Assembly (NCBI GenBank): GCA_965243205.1
Contig: CBDEUK010000001.1
Location: 395,828 to 459,827, forward strand
Length of the DNA stretch: 64,000 bases
Reading direction: 5' to 3'
Origin: Gammaproteobacteria bacterium
GTDB taxonomy: Bacteria; Pseudomonadota; Gammaproteobacteria; Eutrophobiales; Eutrophobiaceae
The notes under the pieces were generated by a model, which worked only from the letters and a program-made list of their open reading frames with translations, was not told the origin of the DNA and ran no database searches. The position numbers and the translations under genes are program-made. Positions 9,656 through 18,415 of the stretch are shown in pieces (positions within the stretch are counted from its first letter, which is position 1; each line of letters opens with the position of its first letter).

Positions 9656-10804
9656 TTAATTTGACTTCAGTAATTTAAGTCGTCGATAGATCGTCGTACG
9701 ATTAATCCCTAAGATGCGCGCCGCTTTAGAAATGTTTCCATTCGTTTTCTCCAACGCCTCTTTGATCATCTGATCACCTTGTGATTTAAAATCAATTGTT
9801 TGATTGGTAGAAATGAAATTTGAATGTTCAAAAAAACTATCTTGAATCAAAATCGCTCCTAAGCAAACATTTGACTCCATGATAGGTTCAATAATAAATC
9901 TTATTTCTTTATTTTCATTGATATTGATCAATAATTCATCGCTTATCCCTTTATGTAAAATAGATTCAATGGAATCCCATATCCCTGTTTGAAGATTATA
10001 TTTTGAAATCTTTGATAAATTTTGACCTGCAAAAAAATTCATTAATGATTGATCACACTCTAAAACGCATCCCAGAGAATCAATTAAACAACTCGAAACA
10101 TTACTTAATTGAAATTTTCTCTCTCGATATAGTTGTCTTAGTTGTTCACGTTTTTGCAAACGCATGACATTCAATTCAGACTCAACAGAATGTGCTAATG
10201 AGACTGCTAATGACATCGTTTGCATAGAGAGATGATTGGCAGGACCAGTAATATCAATCGCACCGATCACATCACCTGCTAAATTATGAATGGGTGATCC
10301 ATAACAAGCCCAAGGTTGCCAAGCCTCACAATAATGTTCACTACCATAAATCAATTCAGGTTTATCAAATGCGATAGGAGTACCAACACCATTTGGTCCA
10401 ACTTGATCAATATCCCAAGAACCACCTGGCATAAAATTAATTTGTTCCAATTCCGCCTGAACGGCTTTATGACCAACGGAATATAAAATCTGACCTTCAG
10501 CGTTCGCTAAAACCATAATGTGTTTTGTATTGAAGGTTGAATCGGCAACCCGTTCTAAAACAGACTTACCAACAATGCCTAACTCGTTATTATTAATTTG
10601 TTCATCGAGTTCACTTTGCTCTAAGGCAGTGCTAGCTCTTTGTATATTTGGATCAATGCCTTTGTCTCGGCTTTGTCGCCAACTGTCTAGAATCAGTTGT
10701 CGCGGTGTAGAGCGTGTACTGTGTCCTGTATCAACGAACTCTTCCCATGCTTTTTTAATCGCTAAGGAGTTAGTCCCTTGTTCTTCTAAGGTGGGGTTCA
10801 TCAA
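9656..10804 (-). CDS. GAF domain plus Fis-type HTH regulator resembling AcoR but lacking the AAA+ domain
   Basis: ILDSWRQS..GIDP, GPNGVGT, EHYCEAWQPWACYGSPIH (AcoR-type GAF). C-terminal GNISKAARILGINRTTIYRRL. No Walker A or GAFTGA. Confidence 0.8.
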   Translation of the reverse strand: MMNPTLEEQGTNSLAIKKAWEEFVDTGHSTRSTPRQLILDSWRQSRDKGIDPNIQRASTALEQSELDEQINNNELGIVGKSVLERVADSTFNTKHIMVLANAEGQILYSVGHKAVQAELEQINFMPGGSWDIDQVGPNGVGTPIAFDKPELIYGSEHYCEAWQPWACYGSPIHNLAGDVIGAIDITGPANHLSMQTMSLAVSLAHSVESELNVMRLQKREQLRQLYRERKFQLSNVSSCLIDSLGCVLECDQSLMNFFAGQNLSKISKYNLQTGIWDSIESILHKGISDELLININENKEIRFIIEPIMESNVCLGAILIQDSFFEHSNFISTNQTIDFKSQGDQMIKEALEKTNGNISKAARILGINRTTIYRRLKLLKSN

Positions 10805-10999
10805 GATTCCTCTTCGGCAATTCTTAATATATTTACAATTATTTAGATACTAAAAATTGTAACAAAGATGAATAATAAATCTATAAATATAGGCTTTTTT
10901 TAATTAATATGATTGTATTAGACGTTGCTTAATGCAACAAAGAAGTAAACTATCGCATACTTTTAGTGCAAGAAAAGAAATTTTGAAGCTATAAAAATT

Positions 11000-11734
11000 T
11001 TACTGCCTAAAAACCTTCTTTAATAATTCAGTTGTTCGAGCAGCTGGATTTGTCCTAATCAATTTTTCTTCATCTGCCAAAATAGAAAATAAACCATCCA
11101 TTGTTTTATTGGTGACATACTTATCAAGATCCAAAGCTTCTGTATCGACTAGATTTTTCATGAAACCAAGATTATCGATCATATTTTTATAATTATTTGT
11201 CACACCCGTTTTTTCGGTTGCTGCTTGCACAATCGGTAACATTTTTTCAAATAAGCGACTGCCACCTGTGCTACGAAAATACTCTGTAGCTGCATTATCA
11301 GGCCCGTTTACAATTGCTTTCGCATCATCAAAGGTCATTTGTTTAATAGCATCACCTAGAATATTAGCGGTTTCTGGAATGGCTTGCTCAGCGGCTCGAT
11401 TCATGGTGAGAATGAATTCATCGGCGTATTTATCTTGACCTATTTTACGTAAGCCACTTTCAATTGATTGTAATTTTTCTGGCATTCGGATCTTCACTTT
11501 ATTATTAGCAAAGAAACCATCGGTCTTACCTAAAGATTGGATCGCGTTTTTGGTTGAAACCGATAAGGCTTCTTTTAACCCATCAATCATATCGGAATTA
11601 CTGAGTGCAGAAAGAGCAGAACCCGAACTTTCAGAATCTCCTCCAAAGACATCTTTTAATAAATCGCCCCAACCAGCGAAGGCAAATTTACCTGGCATTA
11701 ATACTAAAAGTATGATCAATAAAAATTGCTTCAC
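11000..11734 (-). CDS. DUF4197-family exported protein
   Basis: GLKEALS, LGKTDGF, MNRAAEQA, EEKLIRTNPAARTTELLKKVF. Likely GTG start at 11734 after AGGAG, followed by a signal peptide. Confidence 0.82.
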   Translation of the reverse strand: MKQFLLIILLVLMPGKFAFAGWGDLLKDVFGGDSESSGSALSALSNSDMIDGLKEALSVSTKNAIQSLGKTDGFFANNKVKIRMPEKLQSIESGLRKIGQDKYADEFILTMNRAAEQAIPETANILGDAIKQMTFDDAKAIVNGPDNAATEYFRSTGGSRLFEKMLPIVQAATEKTGVTNNYKNMIDNLGFMKNLVDTEALDLDKYVTNKTMDGLFSILADEEKLIRTNPAARTTELLKKVFRQ

Positions 11735-11750
11735 GAATCTATCTCCTGAA

Positions 11751-13001
11751 TTAAGCATCGGCTGTAGCAGATTTACTTGAGTAACGTTGTTCTACGTAAT
11801 TATCAACGATTTCTTTGAACTCAGCAGCGATGTTATCGCCTTTCAGAGTGACTGTTTTTTTGCCATCAACGAAAACTGGCGCTGAAGGCGCCTCACCTGT
11901 TCCAGGAAGGCTGATACCAATATCTGCATGTTTACTTTCTCCAGGGCCATTAACCACGCAACCCATTACCGCAAGATTCATATCTTCAACGCCTTCGTAT
12001 TTTTCACGCCAGATTGGCATTTGACTACGTACATATGCCTGAATGTTATCTGCTAGCTCTTGGAAAACCGTACTGGTCGTCCGTCCGCATCCTGGGCATG
12101 CTGTTACTAATGGGGTAAATGATCGTAATCCCATCGTTTGCAACATCTCTTGTGCAACAATGACTTCATTAGCGCGGTCACCGCCTGGTTCAGGTGTTAG
12201 AGATACACGAATCGTATCGCCTATCCCTTCCTGTAATAACACGCCCATCGCTGCAGTGGATGCAACAATACCTTTTGAACCCATGCCCGCTTCGGTAAGA
12301 CCTAAATGTAATGCGTAATCACAGCGTGACGATAAATCTCGGTAAACGGAAATTAACTTCTGTACACCACTGACTTTACATGACAACACAATTTTATCGC
12401 GGCCAAGGCCAATCTCTTCGGCTTTTTTAGCACTGGATAATGCGGACATGATCAAAGCCTCGCGCATAACATCCTCGGCTTCTTTTGGTTCAGCCAATTG
12501 CGCATTTTCATCCATCATTTGCGCGAGTAAATCTTGGTCCAAACTGCCCCAATTCACACCAATACGTACGGGCTTATCGTACTCAATGGCCTTTTCGATC
12601 ATGGTGCCAAATTGCAAATCTTTTTTACGACCAAACCCAACATTGCCTGGGTTGATTCGATATTTGCCTAATGCCTCAGCACATTCAGGGTATTTTGTGA
12701 GTAATTGATGCCCGTTGTAATGAAAGTCTCCCACAATTGGCACCATACAGCCTGTCGCAGCCAACATATCTCGAATTCGGGCGACTTGTTTGGCAGATTC
12801 TTCATTATTCACCGTTATCCTGACCAGTTCAGAACCAGCTGCAGCTAACTGTTGAATTTGTTTGGCTGTGGCTACAGCATCGGCTGTATCGGTATTGGTC
12901 ATGGATTGCACAACCACAGGACTTGAACCACCAATGGTCACAGAACCAACTTTGACTCCGACACTAGTTCGTCGAAGATGAGGACCGGGGATGAATGACA
13001 T
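11751..13001 (-). CDS. ispG: 4-hydroxy-3-methylbut-2-en-1-yl diphosphate synthase
   Basis: [41 protein letters not shown]. Confidence 0.96.
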   Translation of the reverse strand: MSFIPGPHLRRTSVGVKVGSVTIGGSSPVVVQSMTNTDTADAVATAKQIQQLAAAGSELVRITVNNEESAKQVARIRDMLAATGCMVPIVGDFHYNGHQLLTKYPECAEALGKYRINPGNVGFGRKKDLQFGTMIEKAIEYDKPVRIGVNWGSLDQDLLAQMMDENAQLAEPKEAEDVMREALIMSALSSAKKAEEIGLGRDKIVLSCKVSGVQKLISVYRDLSSRCDYALHLGLTEAGMGSKGIVASTAAMGVLLQEGIGDTIRVSLTPEPGGDRANEVIVAQEMLQTMGLRSFTPLVTACPGCGRTTSTVFQELADNIQAYVRSQMPIWREKYEGVEDMNLAVMGCVVNGPGESKHADIGISLPGTGEAPSAPVFVDGKKTVTLKGDNIAAEFKEIVDNYVEQRYSSKSATADA

Positions 13002-13114
13002 ACTTACTATAAACCTTTGATAAATGATTAGGCTGGCAGTCTACTTGGCAAGCGGTTGCTGTCAAGAAAATCACCATGTTTCGTCTTTTACGCCTAAATA
13101 ACAACAATTTCGAG

Positions 13115-13137
13115 CAATAAAATGTGACATTTTATTG
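13115..13137. promoter_or_regulatory. perfect inverted repeat in the ispG-fabA divergent region, candidate operator
   Basis: CAATAAAATGT-g-ACATTTTATTG. Confidence 0.4.
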
Positions 13138-13248
13138 GGACGAATTCCTGTTCCGTGCGATACTTCGCACCTAATTTATATCAGCAAAAGAAAAATAAAC
13201 AAATACCTTCCAGTAACCCATCGCTGCCAGGTTTTTGAAACTAACCGT

Positions 13249-13791
13249 ATGAACCAACCAGAAAAACAATATTTATTTGATAGAAAATCTCATTATACCT
13301 ACGATGAATTACTAGACTGTGGTCTTGGCAAAATGTTCGGTGATGGTAATGCTCAGTTACCTCAACCGCCGATGCTCATGTTTGATCGCATCGCAGAAAT
13401 TAACGAAACAGGCGGCGAACACCAAAAAGGACAAATCATCGCTGAAATGGATATAAAACCTGACTTATGGTTCTTTGACTGCCACTTCACCAATGACCCG
13501 GTTATGCCAGGATGTCTTGGACTCGATGCCATGTGGCAATTAGTTGGCTTTTATCTCGGTTGGATGGGAGCACCAGGCAGAGGCCGTGCACTAGGCTCAG
13601 GGGAAGTTAAATTTACCGGCCAAGTCACTCCAAAAAATGAATTAGTCAGCTATGAAATTACTATGAAACGCGTTATTTTACGCAAGCTAGTAATGGGGGT
13701 GGCCGATGCCGTCATGAAAGTAGACGGTAAAGAAATTTACGCTGCAAAGGATTTACGCGTTGGCCTATTTCAATCAACTGAAGATTTTTAA
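13249..13791 (+). CDS. fabA: 3-hydroxyacyl-ACP dehydratase/isomerase
   Basis: [12 protein letters not shown] and [25 protein letters not shown]. The ATG at 13249 gives a FabA-sized protein. Confidence 0.95.
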   Translation: MNQPEKQYLFDRKSHYTYDELLDCGLGKMFGDGNAQLPQPPMLMFDRIAEINETGGEHQKGQIIAEMDIKPDLWFFDCHFTNDPVMPGCLGLDAMWQLVGFYLGWMGAPGRGRALGSGEVKFTGQVTPKNELVSYEITMKRVILRKLVMGVADAVMKVDGKEIYAAKDLRVGLFQSTEDF

Positions 13792-13816
13792 TCAATTCTA
13801 TAACTAAAACTATAAT

Positions 13817-15031
13817 ATGAAACGAGTAGTCATCACCGGTCTCGGCATTGTATCGAGCATTGGAAATAATCAAGAAGAAGTTATCGCAAGTTTAAAAGCA
13901 GGTAAATCAGGCGTTCAACGCTCTGAAGAATATGCCGAACTGGGTTTTCGTTCGCATGTGTATGCGCCTATCAATATTGATATCAACGAGCATGTTGATC
14001 GTAAAATGAAACGCTTTATGGGCGATGCAGCGGCTTATGCTTCCATCGCTATGAATGAAGCTATACAAGATGCCAATCTAGCAGATGATTTAGTCTCAAA
14101 TCCTCGTACTGGTTTAATCGTAGGCTCAGGCGGTTCTTCAACCGATAACATGTTACAAGTCACCGATACCGTTCGAGAACGCGGAGCAAAAAAAGTCGGC
14201 CCAACCATGGTTCCAAGAATCATGAGTAGTACTGTCAGTGCTTGCTTAGCCGTTGCCTATAAAACCAAAGGCATCAATTACTCTATCAGTTCTGCTTGTT
14301 CTACTAGTGCACACTGTATTGGCAATGCCTACGAACAAATTCAAATGGGTAAACAGGATATTATCTTTGCAGGTGGTGGCGAAGAATTGCACTGGACCAG
14401 TAGTGTGTTATTTGATGCGATGGGCGCACTTTCTTCTAAATACAACGAAACACCTGAAATTGCATCACGGGCTTTCGATGCTAACCGAGATGGCTTTGTG
14501 ATCTCTGGTGGCGGCGGCATTGTTGTGGTTGAAGAGTTAGAGCATGCGCTTGCACGTGGCGCTAAAATTTATGCCGAAATTACGGGTTATGGCGCAACCA
14601 GTGACGGTTTTGATATGGTTAAACCATCAGGTGAAGGCGCATTTCGTTGTATGCAAATAGCTAAACCTGAAGGCGTGGATATCGATTACATTAACGCCCA
14701 TGCAACTAGCACCCCTGCAGGCGATGTGGTTGAACTCAATACGATTAAAACGTTATTTAAAGATACACTGCCTAAAGTCAATTCCACTAAATCCTTAACA
14801 GGGCATGGGCTTGGTTGTGCAGGTGTTAACGAAGCAATCTTTTCCCTTCTAATGATGCAAGAAAACTTCATTGCTGCTTCTGCAAACATCGAAAACTTAG
14901 ATGATGCTGCAGAAGATTTACCGATTGTCTTAGACCGAATTGATAACATTGAATTAAACGCCGTTATGTCGAATAGTTTCGGCTTTGGTGGAACTAACGC
15001 CACATTAGTTTTTCAAAAACTCCAACAATAA
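13817..15031 (+). CDS. fabB: beta-ketoacyl-ACP synthase I
   Basis: [38 protein letters not shown]. Follows fabA. Confidence 0.95.
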   Translation: MKRVVITGLGIVSSIGNNQEEVIASLKAGKSGVQRSEEYAELGFRSHVYAPINIDINEHVDRKMKRFMGDAAAYASIAMNEAIQDANLADDLVSNPRTGLIVGSGGSSTDNMLQVTDTVRERGAKKVGPTMVPRIMSSTVSACLAVAYKTKGINYSISSACSTSAHCIGNAYEQIQMGKQDIIFAGGGEELHWTSSVLFDAMGALSSKYNETPEIASRAFDANRDGFVISGGGGIVVVEELEHALARGAKIYAEITGYGATSDGFDMVKPSGEGAFRCMQIAKPEGVDIDYINAHATSTPAGDVVELNTIKTLFKDTLPKVNSTKSLTGHGLGCAGVNEAIFSLLMMQENFIAASANIENLDDAAEDLPIVLDRIDNIELNAVMSNSFGFGGTNATLVFQKLQQ

Positions 15032-15047
15032 CGAACTACGGTCATGT

Positions 15048-15485
15048 ATGGATCCAGCTACTGCAAATATGGTAAAAATTTTGATGAGCTGGACCGTACA
15101 TTTAGCAACGGCATATAGCCTTCCAGAAACATTACCTGAGCTTGTTTACGAACCACGAGAATATTTTGTTAATACCGTTTGTGGCGGTGTTGAAAAGAAA
15201 TGTGATGCCGTTGGTTGGTACGATAACAATGGCACTATTCATATTGACGATAGATTGAAAGGCAATGAAGATCCTTATACCCGAAGTCTAATCGTGCATG
15301 AACTTGTACATTACCTACAAGACATCAGCGGTAAATTTGATAATAAAAGTTGTGAAGATTATGTTTTCAAAGAACGTGAGGCCTACAGCATACAACGTCA
15401 GTATTTGAAACGTATCGCGCAGCGTTATGTGGCTATCTATCAAAACTATCCACCTTGCCAATGGCATGAAACAACAGATGAATAA
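15048..15485 (+). CDS. small HExxH putative metallopeptidase-like protein
   Basis: SLIVHELVHYLQ followed by C...EREAY..Q..YL. Similar to the C-terminus of 47857..48693. Confidence 0.6.
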   Translation: MDPATANMVKILMSWTVHLATAYSLPETLPELVYEPREYFVNTVCGGVEKKCDAVGWYDNNGTIHIDDRLKGNEDPYTRSLIVHELVHYLQDISGKFDNKSCEDYVFKEREAYSIQRQYLKRIAQRYVAIYQNYPPCQWHETTDE

Positions 15486-16073
15486 ATGAACTGGTTAAAA
15501 GATTTTTCACCTTTTGTTTTTATTAGTTTATTTTCTATAAGCGCACTTTCTGAAACGGAAATAGAATTTACCACGCGAGAATACCCTGTTCCTGAACATG
15601 GTTTGTTAAGTTTAGAAGTTCCAACAGAATGGAATGTCACTTATTACGAACCCGCCGATATAAAAGCACCTATTATCATTTTTTATCCGCAAGAAAAACC
15701 ACATAACTTTCAATTAACGGTTTCACCACTTTGGGATGAAGGTTATTTAAGAAACATTACTGAACCCGAATACATAAAAAAATATTTAGAATCGGTTGGT
15801 ACTGATATTTTGCAATATTCTGATCAAGATGAATTAGAACTTAAATTATTAGATGGCAAACAAGGTGATGGTTATTATTTTCAAGTTTCAGATCAATCAG
15901 CACCCGATTCTGAATTTAAATATTTAACTCAAGGCGCCATCGCGGTAGGAGAAATATTGGTGGTTTTTTCGTATTTTAGTAATCAAGTAAATGATCAAAA
16001 TACCGATATCATTCTGGAAATGATGCGTAAAGCTGTGCAGAATCATCAACGTCAAGTACACTTATTTTACTAA
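15486..16073 (+). CDS. exported hypothetical protein
   Basis: 195-aa ORF with a signal-peptide-like N-terminus, abutting the upstream stop codon. Confidence 0.6.
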   Translation: MNWLKDFSPFVFISLFSISALSETEIEFTTREYPVPEHGLLSLEVPTEWNVTYYEPADIKAPIIIFYPQEKPHNFQLTVSPLWDEGYLRNITEPEYIKKYLESVGTDILQYSDQDELELKLLDGKQGDGYYFQVSDQSAPDSEFKYLTQGAIAVGEILVVFSYFSNQVNDQNTDIILEMMRKAVQNHQRQVHLFY

Positions 16074-16094
16074 TCTAATAAGAAAATACTTAAC

Positions 16095-17882
16095 TTGGAC
16101 ACAATTTCTTCTCTCTCGCTGATTGTCGTATTGGGCATCACCTGCCAGTGGTTGGCATGGTGGGCTCGCTTACCTGCTATTTTATTCTTACTGATCACAG
16201 GCATGCTCATAGGGCCAGTAACGGGTGTTTTAAATCCTGATCAATTATTTGGTGATCTTTTATTTCCCATGGTGTCTCTCTCCGTAGCCGTCATCTTATT
16301 TGAAGGCAGTTTGACCTTAAAATTTGATGAGATTAGAGGCTTGGGTTACGTGGTGCGTAACATGATCAGTATCGGCACACTGATTACCTGGATCGGAACC
16401 GCATTAGTCACTCATGCCTTATTGGATTTTCCATATGAGTTATCGTTTTTGTTTGGCGCAGTTGTTATCGTAACTGGTCCTACTGTGATTGTTCCAATTC
16501 TAAGAAGTGTTAGGCCCAATGCAAAAATCGCTAATATCCTGCGTTGGGAAGGTATTACCATCGATCCCATTGGCGCTTTAATGGCGGTCTTGGTTTTTGA
16601 CTTCATTATTTCCAAACAAAACGAATACGTATTTAGCAATATTCTGATCGTGTTTGGAACACTCATCTTTGTCGGCACTGTCGTTGGCATAATCGCAGCT
16701 CTCGCACTTAACTATGTTCTAAAACGTCATTTAATACCTGAGTATTTACGCAATGTATTTGCCTTAGCGTTGGTTTTTGCAGCATATGCTGTTTCCGATC
16801 TATTTGTTCATGAGTCAGGCTTATTAGCCGTCACCGTTATGGGTATTATTCTGGCCAACATGAAAGAAACGGATATCGAAGACATACTTGATTTTAAAGA
16901 GACATTGAGTGTTCTACTCATATCTGGATTATTTATTATTTTGGCTGCACGTATTGAGTTTGAACAATTCCAACAACTGGGTTTTCGATCGTTTGGAATT
17001 TTATTAGCGCTTATGTTCATCATTCGCCCGCTTAAAGTATGGATCTCGTCTATTGGCTCGGACTTAACCGTAGCTGAAAAAATGATGATTTCTTGGGTTG
17101 GGCCAAGAGGTATTGTAGCAGCAGCCATCGCTGCATTATTCGCTATTCGACTTGAAGAAGCGGGGTTTCCTGAAGCATCTTTATTAGTACCACTGACATT
17201 TCTTATCATTATTGGCACTGTCGTAATCCAAAGCTTAACCTCAAAACAAATTGCTAGCTGGCTAGGTGTACGTGAACCTGCTGCAACAGGAGTGTTGATC
17301 ATTGGCGCGGGTAAAGTCGCAAGAGTGATTGGCAAAGCTATTCAAGAACAAGGATTTAAAGTCGTCATGACTGACAGTAACTGGGAAAATACCAGTCTTG
17401 CACGTATGGAAGGCTTAATGACGTATTTTGGTAACCCTATATCTGAACATGCTGACCGTAATCTAGATTTAGTTGGCGTAGGTTCAATGTTGGGGCTATC
17501 TGGGCGTGCCAACCTTGATACATTAGCAGCTCTTCGCTTTCGTAACGAATTTGGTTCGAATAGCGTTTATGAAGTAAAAACTAGCCGTGAAGATATTGTT
17601 GGTGATAAACATATTGTTTCGACACGTCATCGTGGCTTCCAGTTATTTTCTAATGATATTACCTATGGAACCTTAGCTAACTGGATAGGCAATGGTGCTG
17701 AAATTAAAAAGAATCAATTAAGTAATACCTTTGATTACTCAAATTTTCAAGATAAATATAAAAACAATTCCATTCAATTATTCGCAATTGATCCTAAAGG
17801 AAAATTACATTTTTACGTTGCTGAAAAAGAACTTAAACCTGAAGCCGGTTGGAGTATCATCAGTTTGATTCAACCCGCATAA
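16095..17882 (+). CDS. CPA1 (NhaP-type) cation:proton antiporter with a C-terminal TrkA-N-like domain
   Basis: About 12 TM helices. VTGPTVI, WEGITIDPIG, GPRGIVAAA, then GVLIIGAG Rossmann-like domain. Confidence 0.88.
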   Translation: MDTISSLSLIVVLGITCQWLAWWARLPAILFLLITGMLIGPVTGVLNPDQLFGDLLFPMVSLSVAVILFEGSLTLKFDEIRGLGYVVRNMISIGTLITWIGTALVTHALLDFPYELSFLFGAVVIVTGPTVIVPILRSVRPNAKIANILRWEGITIDPIGALMAVLVFDFIISKQNEYVFSNILIVFGTLIFVGTVVGIIAALALNYVLKRHLIPEYLRNVFALALVFAAYAVSDLFVHESGLLAVTVMGIILANMKETDIEDILDFKETLSVLLISGLFIILAARIEFEQFQQLGFRSFGILLALMFIIRPLKVWISSIGSDLTVAEKMMISWVGPRGIVAAAIAALFAIRLEEAGFPEASLLVPLTFLIIIGTVVIQSLTSKQIASWLGVREPAATGVLIIGAGKVARVIGKAIQEQGFKVVMTDSNWENTSLARMEGLMTYFGNPISEHADRNLDLVGVGSMLGLSGRANLDTLAALRFRNEFGSNSVYEVKTSREDIVGDKHIVSTRHRGFQLFSNDITYGTLANWIGNGAEIKKNQLSNTFDYSNFQDKYKNNSIQLFAIDPKGKLHFYVAEKELKPEAGWSIISLIQPA

Positions 17883-17906
17883 CAAAGTGATCACTTGCAA
17901 TAAATA

Positions 17907-17928
17907 AACTGTGATCTAGTTCCCATTT
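17907..17928. promoter_or_regulatory. CRP-type binding site
   Basis: AACTGTGATCTAGTTCCCATTT matches 19 of 22 positions of the consensus AAATGTGATCTAGATCACATTT. Confidence 0.65.
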
Positions 17929-17987
17929 CAAACAAGTCACAACTAGAAATTCATATTCGCTTAATAGATCCTATCTAAAATTATAGG

Positions 17988-18080
17988 TGTAGCTTTCCAT
18001 GTGTAGTGAAGTAGTGAAACAGCATGGGGTTACTCTTAATCCCTCCTCCCCAAGAGTAGCCCCAAGCTTTTAACTTTTTT
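17988..18080 (+). ncRNA. candidate small RNA 1 with a CCCUCCUCCCC-loop hairpin
   Basis: -10-like TAAAAT at 17976-17981. 13-bp stem 18025-18037/18052-18064 with one G-U pair. Loop AATCCCTCCTCCCC, then T tracts. Boundaries approximate. Confidence 0.5.
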
Positions 18081-18120
18081 ATGTCTAACATTAATAGTGA
18101 AAAAATAATTGTTGACTTTA

Positions 18121-18168
18121 TGTGATTTAAATCACGCCTTTACGGCTCATTTTGTGAGAATAATCACA
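18121..18168. promoter_or_regulatory. two CRP-type sites
   Basis: TGTGA-TTTAAA-TCACG (18121-18136) and the perfect core TGTGA-GAATAA-TCACA (18153-18168). The second is at class II spacing from TAGACT (18190-18195). Confidence 0.68.
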
Positions 18169-18201
18169 GATATCCTGATCATGAATTACTAGACTTATTA
18201 C

Positions 18202-18280
18202 CGAAGACATCAATACCTCTCTATGCAAATATGCAGATCGGGATTGGCCACCCCCCCCCAGGCTGATTCCGATTTTTTTT
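18202..18280 (+). ncRNA. candidate small RNA 2 ending in a C9-loop terminator hairpin
   Basis: 13-bp stem 18237-18249/18261-18273 with three G-U pairs, loop A-C9-A, followed by a T tract to 18280. Boundaries approximate. Confidence 0.52.
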
Positions 18281-18415
18281 ATCAAGCAATCGTTCAATTA
18301 AACCGCTATCAGGATATAATGTATTACATAATAATTGATTGTTAATACATTATTATTTATCAAAATGATGTGTAATAGACTACTATTAGTATTTTAATTT
18401 ATTTGTTTCTCGATA

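Noticed and set aside
13135-13248. 38-aa N-terminal extension on FabA in the ORF track
   Set aside because: It has a TTG start and no FabA-like sequence. The ATG at 13249 gives the usual length.
18251-18259. C9 tract as a phase-variation switch for the downstream kinase
   Set aside because: It lies in the loop of a terminator-like hairpin about 155 bp upstream of the ATG, not in a coding frame or an evident promoter spacer.
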